A DNA stretch of 64,000 nt. Origin: Parcubacteria group bacterium Gr01-1014_30 (GTDB taxonomy: Bacteria > Patescibacteriota > Minisyncoccia > Minisyncoccales > 2-12-FULL-40-12). Positions 59,667-64,000 of the stretch are shown here, one piece after another; within the stretch, counting starts at the first letter, position 1; the number at the start of each line of letters is the position of its first letter. The notes under the pieces are model-generated. The model was not told the DNA's origin and did no database searches. It worked only from the letters and a program-made list of their open reading frames with translations. A program made the translations under genes and the position numbers. The stretch is from NCBI GenBank assembly GCA_007376185.1, contig VMFS01000004.1:165-64164 (forward strand). Reading direction: 5' to 3'.

Positions 59667-60710
59667 GTATTTGTTTGTAAAATACGCTTTAAATTTATTA
59701 AAATGTTTAGGGTTAGATGAGCCTATTTCTTGGAAGTACCTCATAATCTCGTTTTCTTTTCTAAGAAATACGCTGAATTCTGTTTTTTGGGTAGGGTGTA
59801 AACCGAGCCTTTCCAGACTATTTTTAAAAAAACTTAGAATCGGTAAAGATCTATTTGTGAAATTCATGCCGCAGTTCAGATAGATTTTATCCTTATTTCG
59901 GTGGTAGTGTTTGTCAACGTAGAAACACCCGTCGGTATCGAATAGTCCTCTTAAACAATCTTTTATGAATTTCTCCGTTTGTTTTATCCATACAGGAACA
60001 TCTACTTGTTGCTTAACTTTCCCCCCTATTTTTAATCCGTTTTCTACGAGAAACCTAACCAATTCTGTACGTGATATCACAACTGCGATAGTAGAATCGT
60101 TCTTCTTGCCGTAATAAACCGAGGGCGTAACTCTAAAAAGTTTTACGAAAAGAGCTTCAACGTATTCTGAGTACTCTTTATCGTCATACTTATTCAGTGT
60201 AACGGTAACCTGGCTTTTCGTAATACCGCCGTCACCCAAAAGAATACCTATTAGTTCTGCAAGTCTGGTCGAAAGGATGGGTCGTTTGATAGGCTTTGTA
60301 ATCCCGATGACCAGGTTTTTTCGATATCTTCCTTCGTTTTCCCACCATTCATACCACCTTTTTTTGCGATACTCTGGGTCACCTCCAATCCTTCCATATT
60401 TTCTCACAACTGCCATCCATCCCTTTTTTGCTCCTTTGTTAACGTACCAGAAAGGTTCTTTGATTTGTATGTTTTCCGGAAAGGGTATCTTTGCCCTCCT
60501 ACATATTCGCTCAAGAGCGGGTAATGACATCAGAACTTTTTCTCTTCTCCAATCAGTCAACGATCTCATATGTACCCCAGCAAGTTTGGCAAATTCTTTT
60601 AACCTTAAATTTAACCTAGTTTGAGCATCTTTAAGGAACTTACTTTGCTCGCCTTCGGGAAACGCAATCCGCTTAAAGTACCCGTATTTTTTCTTATTCA
60701 GCTCAGGCAT
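59619..60710 (-). CDS. Free-standing LAGLIDADG homing-endonuclease-like protein with an N-terminal HTH
   Basis: Motifs LIGILLGDGGI and LRGLFDTDGCF, with an N-terminal HTH-like LKEFAKLAGVHMRSLTDWRR. The last 48 nt overlap tRNA-Ser(CGA). Confidence 0.85.
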   Translation of the reverse strand: MPELNKKKYGYFKRIAFPEGEQSKFLKDAQTRLNLRLKEFAKLAGVHMRSLTDWRREKVLMSLPALERICRRAKIPFPENIQIKEPFWYVNKGAKKGWMAVVRKYGRIGGDPEYRKKRWYEWWENEGRYRKNLVIGITKPIKRPILSTRLAELIGILLGDGGITKSQVTVTLNKYDDKEYSEYVEALFVKLFRVTPSVYYGKKNDSTIAVVISRTELVRFLVENGLKIGGKVKQQVDVPVWIKQTEKFIKDCLRGLFDTDGCFYVDKHYHRNKDKIYLNCGMNFTNRSLPILSFFKNSLERLGLHPTQKTEFSVFLRKENEIMRYFQEIGSSNPKHFNKFKAYFTNKYGEVPKWSKRDRLESD

Positions 60711-60806
60711 ACTTCTATGATATCATGTCGATGTTAGCTAAGCAACCTGTATTAAGTTTTACCGTTCATGGCAATTACATACTTTACCACAGTTTTTTAA
60801 AAAAGA

Positions 60807-60832
60807 AAAGCCGCGGCGCGCCGCGGCTTTTC
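60807..60832 (-). terminator. Terminator downstream of htrA
   Basis: The palindrome AAAAGCCGCGGCG/CGCCGCGGCTTTT, followed on the minus strand by CTTTTTT. Confidence 0.65.
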
Positions 60833-60867
60833 ACATTACTAAATTTGTGTTAAAGTTAGTGAGATAC

Positions 60868-60939
60868 GGCGGCTATGGTGTAACAGCAGCACAAGAGTTT
60901 GTGGAACTCTCAGAGGCGGTGCAAATCCGCTTAGCCGCC
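60868..60939 (+). tRNA. tRNA-His(GUG) with encoded G-1 and non-canonical D and T loops
   Basis: G GCGGCTA TG GTGT AACAGCA GCAC A AGAGT TTGTGGA ACTCT CAGA GGCGG TGCAAAT CCGCT TAGCCGC C. G-1 pairs with C73. The T-loop is TGCAAAT and the D-loop lacks GG. Confidence 0.8.
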
Positions 60940-60943
60940 CAAA

Positions 60944-61966
60944 TCATTTCTTCTCCTCTAACCGAACTTTGAGAGTTATCTCTTTTTTGTCGCGCAGGAC
61001 TTTCATTGATATTTCGTCGTTGATTTTGTATTTTTGCAAAATGTTGCCAAGCGGGTTTTCTTCGGTTATTTTTTCGCCGTTCAACTCTTCAATTATATCG
61101 TACTCTTTGAGCCCGGCTTTGTCGGCAGAAGACCTTGGCACCACCGCTCCTTCTCCCAAGCTCTCCCTTACAACCAAAGCTCCTTGGCTCAAGGGCAGTT
61201 TGTGAACTTTGGCTATTTCTTTGTTCAAGATAATATATCTGACTCCCAGAAAAGGCCTTTTTATTTTCCCGTATTTGACAACTTCTTCCAAGTCCCTCTT
61301 GGCGTAGTTTATTGGAATGGCAAAGCCGATGTTTTGAGCGCCCATAACCATTGCCGTGTTAATGCCTATGACTTTGCCGTCCATATCCACCAAAGGCCCT
61401 CCCGAGTTGCCGGGATTTATTGCCGCGTCAGTTTGAATAAGGCCTCGCAGTTGTGCCCCCTGTCCGTCAAGCCCAGAAAACGCCGTAATGGCTCGGCTCA
61501 TTCCCGAAATGATGCCCGAGCTGACCGTGTCGTGAAACTCGCCCAGAGCGTTGCCCACGGCCACCACTTCTTGGCCGAGTTCAATTTTATCCGAATCGCC
61601 GAGTTCCAAAAAAGGGAAACTCTTGTCTTTAATTTGCAAAATGGCGATGTCTGAAATTGGGTCTCTGGAAATCACTTTGGCCGGGTACTTTTTCGCGGGC
61701 TCCAAAACCACGGCGTAGTCGGCTTCCGTGTCGGCCACCACGTGCTGGCTGGTTAAAACGTAGCCGTCTTTAGAAACAATGAAGCCAGAACCTCCGCCCA
61801 CTTTTGTTTTTTCTTTTTGTTTGTCAAACTTGGGCACCACAAACTCCCTGCCGCCAAAAGGCATATAGTAAAAACCCTCCACTTTGGGCAGGTCTTTGGA
61901 AACCACAATCGTAATCACAGAAGGGCAAACCTTTTTGGCGATTTCAACTATTTGTGATTTTGGCAT
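60944..61966 (-). CDS. htrA: HtrA/DegP-family serine protease with a PDZ domain
   Basis: Catalytic triad context TSQHVV...DIAIL...GNSGGPL, and a C-terminal PDZ domain. The ATG at 61966 is preferred over the ORF-track TTG at 62002. Confidence 0.88.
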   Translation of the reverse strand: MPKSQIVEIAKKVCPSVITIVVSKDLPKVEGFYYMPFGGREFVVPKFDKQKEKTKVGGGSGFIVSKDGYVLTSQHVVADTEADYAVVLEPAKKYPAKVISRDPISDIAILQIKDKSFPFLELGDSDKIELGQEVVAVGNALGEFHDTVSSGIISGMSRAITAFSGLDGQGAQLRGLIQTDAAINPGNSGGPLVDMDGKVIGINTAMVMGAQNIGFAIPINYAKRDLEEVVKYGKIKRPFLGVRYIILNKEIAKVHKLPLSQGALVVRESLGEGAVVPRSSADKAGLKEYDIIEELNGEKITEENPLGNILQKYKINDEISMKVLRDKKEITLKVRLEEKK

Positions 61967-62030
61967 TTGGTTTATTTTATCAGTTTTAAGCGTTGTCAAC
62001 AAGCAAAAGTTTTGTTAGCATGTAAATGCT

Positions 62031-62191
62031 GAAAGTCCCCCGTGGTGCCTGCCTGCCGCAGGCAGGGAAAAATAGGAGCCCGGAGGGCGACGTAAGAGTC
62101 AGATGAAACAGAGTTTCATCTTCACCTTTGTTTTTGCTCCGCAAAAACTCGGTAACCGAAGGTTTCTTAAGCCGGTGGTCGGGGGACTTTC
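62031..62191 (+). ncRNA. Copy C of the tRNA-associated structured element (5' leader of tRNA-Arg)
   Basis: Closing stem GAAAGTCCCCCG/CGGGGGACTTTC. The conserved blocks AAAAATAGGA, GACGTAAGA and ACCGAAGGTTTCTTAAGCCGG are shared with the reverse complement of 4092-4182. Extra inserted hairpins are present. It ends 1 nt before tRNA-Arg +1. Confidence 0.6.
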
Positions 62192-62192
62192 T

Positions 62193-62269
62193 GCCCTCGT
62201 AGCTCAATGGATTAGAGCAGTCCCGTCCTAAGGGAAAGATTGGGGGTTCGAGTCCTCCCGAGGGCACCA
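62193..62269 (+). tRNA. tRNA-Arg(CCU), CCA encoded
   Basis: GCCCTCG TA GCTC AATGGATTA GAGC A GTCCC GTCCTAA GGGAA AGATT GGGGG TTCGAGT CCTCC CGAGGGC A CCA. Confidence 0.85.
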
Positions 62270-62402
62270 GAAAGGAAAAATCAAGCGGTTTTGGTTCGCC
62301 TCGCTTCGCTCGGCGACTCATTCGTATTGGATTTTCGGGGCAAAAACGAATTGGCGGTTTCGTTTGGGGGAAAGAAAATTTTTAATTCTGAATTTTAATA
62401 AA

Positions 62403-62816
62403 ATGGAAAACCAAATCAAAAACCAATTAATGCCTGACGAAAAGATTATTTGGGAAGGAAAACCAGATAAAAAATCTTTCCTTTTTATGGGGCCCTCTTG
62501 GTTCATTATTCCCTTCACTTTTTTGTGGTTTGGGTTTGCGCTATTTTGGGAAATAACAGCCTGGGCAAGCGGCGCACCTGTCTTCTTTTTGCTTTTTGGT
62601 GGATTATTTGTTGCCATGGGTTTTTATATTACGATTGGTAGATTTTTTGTCGCCAGTAGAGAATACGATAATCTCTATTATGTTCTTACAGATAAACGAG
62701 CTGTTATCCAACAAGGTATTTCTAATCTCGAGTTCCAGTCTGTTGATTTGAAAAAACTTAGCGACATTGAACTTCATTTCAAGTCTTTAACATCTTTGAA
62801 GGTATTCTCTCGATAG
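62403..62816 (+). pseudogene. PH-domain (bPH_2/YdbS-like) membrane protein, with a 3' end apparently replaced by the IS insertion
   Basis: MENQIKNQLMPDEKIIWEGKPD, two TM helices, and YYVLTDKRAVIQQG. The reading frame then runs into the IS end and stops at 62816. Confidence 0.5.
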
Positions 62817-63613
62817 AATTTCTTCTCATCTTCCCTGTGGCTTCTCTCCACGGCATCATTCTGAGCCGGTTTACCGGGATCGATCAGGTAGTGGATAATA
62901 CCTTGCTCAGCGCAAAACTTGTCCAAAGAATGTATCGTCTTCACCGTCATATCACTTCTTTTATTGGAACCCGTGTAGTAGTTGGTAAACGTGGAATGGT
63001 TATCCGTCTTAATGGCACGGACGCGATGGGGGAAAATCCCCAGCACTTCTTTCAGGAACAGTATTGAACGATAATTGGCCTGCTCATCATACACGGCCAT
63101 ATATCTCCATCTGGAAGCCGTATCAATGGCGGTATATCGGTAATATTGGCGTCTGGCAGCAGGTCCAGGCACGTATTTAACGTCTATCTCGATTAATTCA
63201 CCCGGCCTCCTCTCAGCTCTGATATATTTGTATTTGATTCTTTTAACCCTGTACTTACGGACCAGGCCCTCTTTCTTCAATATTTTGCCAATGGTTCGGG
63301 CGTGGATCTTAATACCTTCTTTCTCCAATTGCCAATGTATCTTCAGGGCGCATTTCTTTGTTTTCTCCCTGATCTCGACAACACGCTCTTTAAGCCAGAT
63401 CGGGGTTTCTACTCTGTAGGTTTTTGGTTCTGTGGATTTAGGCTCAAGGCCGGCTTCGCCATGCTTTCTGTATTCAGATACCCACCTTTCTAAACTCCTC
63501 TTGCCATAGGGACACACTCTTGCCGCATCAACCAGTTTGATCTCCTTATTGATTATCGGGAGCACCCACCTTAAACGCTCCTCTTTGATTGTTTTAGCCA
63601 TACATATTGCCAT
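62774..63613 (-). CDS. IS481-like DDE transposase (HTH plus rve integrase core)
   Basis: 279 aa. IDVKYVP...YTAIDTASRW...DNHSTFTN...PGKPAQNDAVERSHRE, with a GGAGAA SD. Confidence 0.85.
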   Translation of the reverse strand: MAICMAKTIKEERLRWVLPIINKEIKLVDAARVCPYGKRSLERWVSEYRKHGEAGLEPKSTEPKTYRVETPIWLKERVVEIREKTKKCALKIHWQLEKEGIKIHARTIGKILKKEGLVRKYRVKRIKYKYIRAERRPGELIEIDVKYVPGPAARRQYYRYTAIDTASRWRYMAVYDEQANYRSILFLKEVLGIFPHRVRAIKTDNHSTFTNYYTGSNKRSDMTVKTIHSLDKFCAEQGIIHYLIDPGKPAQNDAVERSHREDEKKFYRENTFKDVKDLK

Positions 63614-63672
63614 TTCTCCAGTTTAGGAGAAAACCGCCATATGTGTGTACACATTACCCGTAGTACTTGACA
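62778..63672 (-). mobile_element. IS481-family insertion sequence (boundaries approximate)
   Basis: Weak terminal inverted repeat TTTCAAGT (62777-62784) versus ACTTGACA (63665-63672). I could not find target duplications. Confidence 0.4.
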
Positions 63673-63777
63673 ATATAATCCATATATGCTATTCTTATAC
63701 AAGAATCAGAATAGTTTGTGAAATCCCTACCGCGAGGGCTTCGCGGAACAGTACCTTAACTTGATGAGGTGAGAACA

Positions 63778-64000
63778 ATGGCTAGGATGATAAGAGTTTT
63801 TTTGTATCTTTTCAGCGTGGGGGTTTTCTTCTTCCTCTGGTACTCAGGGGACCTGGGGGTTGGGCACGATCATGGGATCGGTGATCTCATCGCGGCGTTC
63901 GAGGAGGATAACAGAGGAGGGGAACACAATGAGGTACTCGAGAAACTGCGAGCACTTCAGAAGTACTTCGAGAACGCCGGGCGCGACGAGTATGGCTGGA
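63778..64000 (+). CDS. Partial ORF running off the window; hypothetical membrane-anchored protein
   Basis: The ATG is preceded by GAGGTGA. MARMIRVFLYLFSVGVFFFLWYSG... Visibly more GC-rich than the core genome. No stop codon before position 64000. Confidence 0.45.
   Translation, partial: MARMIRVFLYLFSVGVFFFLWYSGDLGVGHDHGIGDLIAAFEEDNRGGEHNEVLEKLRALQKYFENAGRDEYGW

Noticed and set aside
62031-62191. A possible miniature RNase P RNA, because GAAAGTCCCCCG and CCGGCTTAAG resemble the P4/CR-I and CR-V strands
   Set aside because: The two strings are only about 8 nt apart and the element is far too small. The other two family members read AAATTACCCC and AAAATCCCCC instead of GAAAGUCC. The resemblance is therefore coincidental.

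Overview
This is a compact 64-kb chromosomal segment. It is AT-leaning by eye, uses the standard code (TAA, TAG and TGA all serve as stops), and consists mostly of housekeeping genes: nusA, clpP, rny, a two-component pair with pilB, rpoB-rpoC, ftsK, recA, rpsF-ssb-rpsR, ychF, trpS, rnj, galU, secG, truD, rpsA, gyrA, valS, tsaD, rplS, nrdAB, infB-rbfA and htrA. It also carries 16 tRNA genes. My inference is a Patescibacteria/CPR-like genome. Supporting signs are short or truncated core proteins (IF-2 of 501 aa, YchF of 265 aa, ValS of 716 aa), almost no Shine-Dalgarno sequences on native genes, TrbC/VirB2-like small pilins, and a high load of selfish elements. I found no classical defence system, CRISPR array or rRNA. 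Four things stand out. (1) The density of self-splicing and homing elements is unusual: LAGLIDADG inteins in RecA and GyrA, a group I intron in the anticodon loop of a tRNA (read as Phe-GAA), and free-standing LAGLIDADG and HNH genes whose 3' ends overlap tRNA genes. (2) There are several families of small structured or palindromic repeats, most closed by a CCCCG...CGGGG clamp. One family sits one nucleotide upstream of tRNA 5' ends and shows compensatory stem changes. Another gives a shared leader upstream of recA and rpsF-ssb. Another lies upstream of pilus-related genes. One copy sits in frame inside ychF. (3) An intact tRNA-Pro is nested inside a 12-bp stem and flanked by tRNA half-like fragments. 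(4) A GC-rich two-gene island at 32.3-35.0 kb carries Shine-Dalgarno sequences: an orphan 247-aa protein and a divergent second RNase J-like protein. An IS481-like insertion lies at the right edge. All calls come from reading the sequence and the ORF track; no database search was run.
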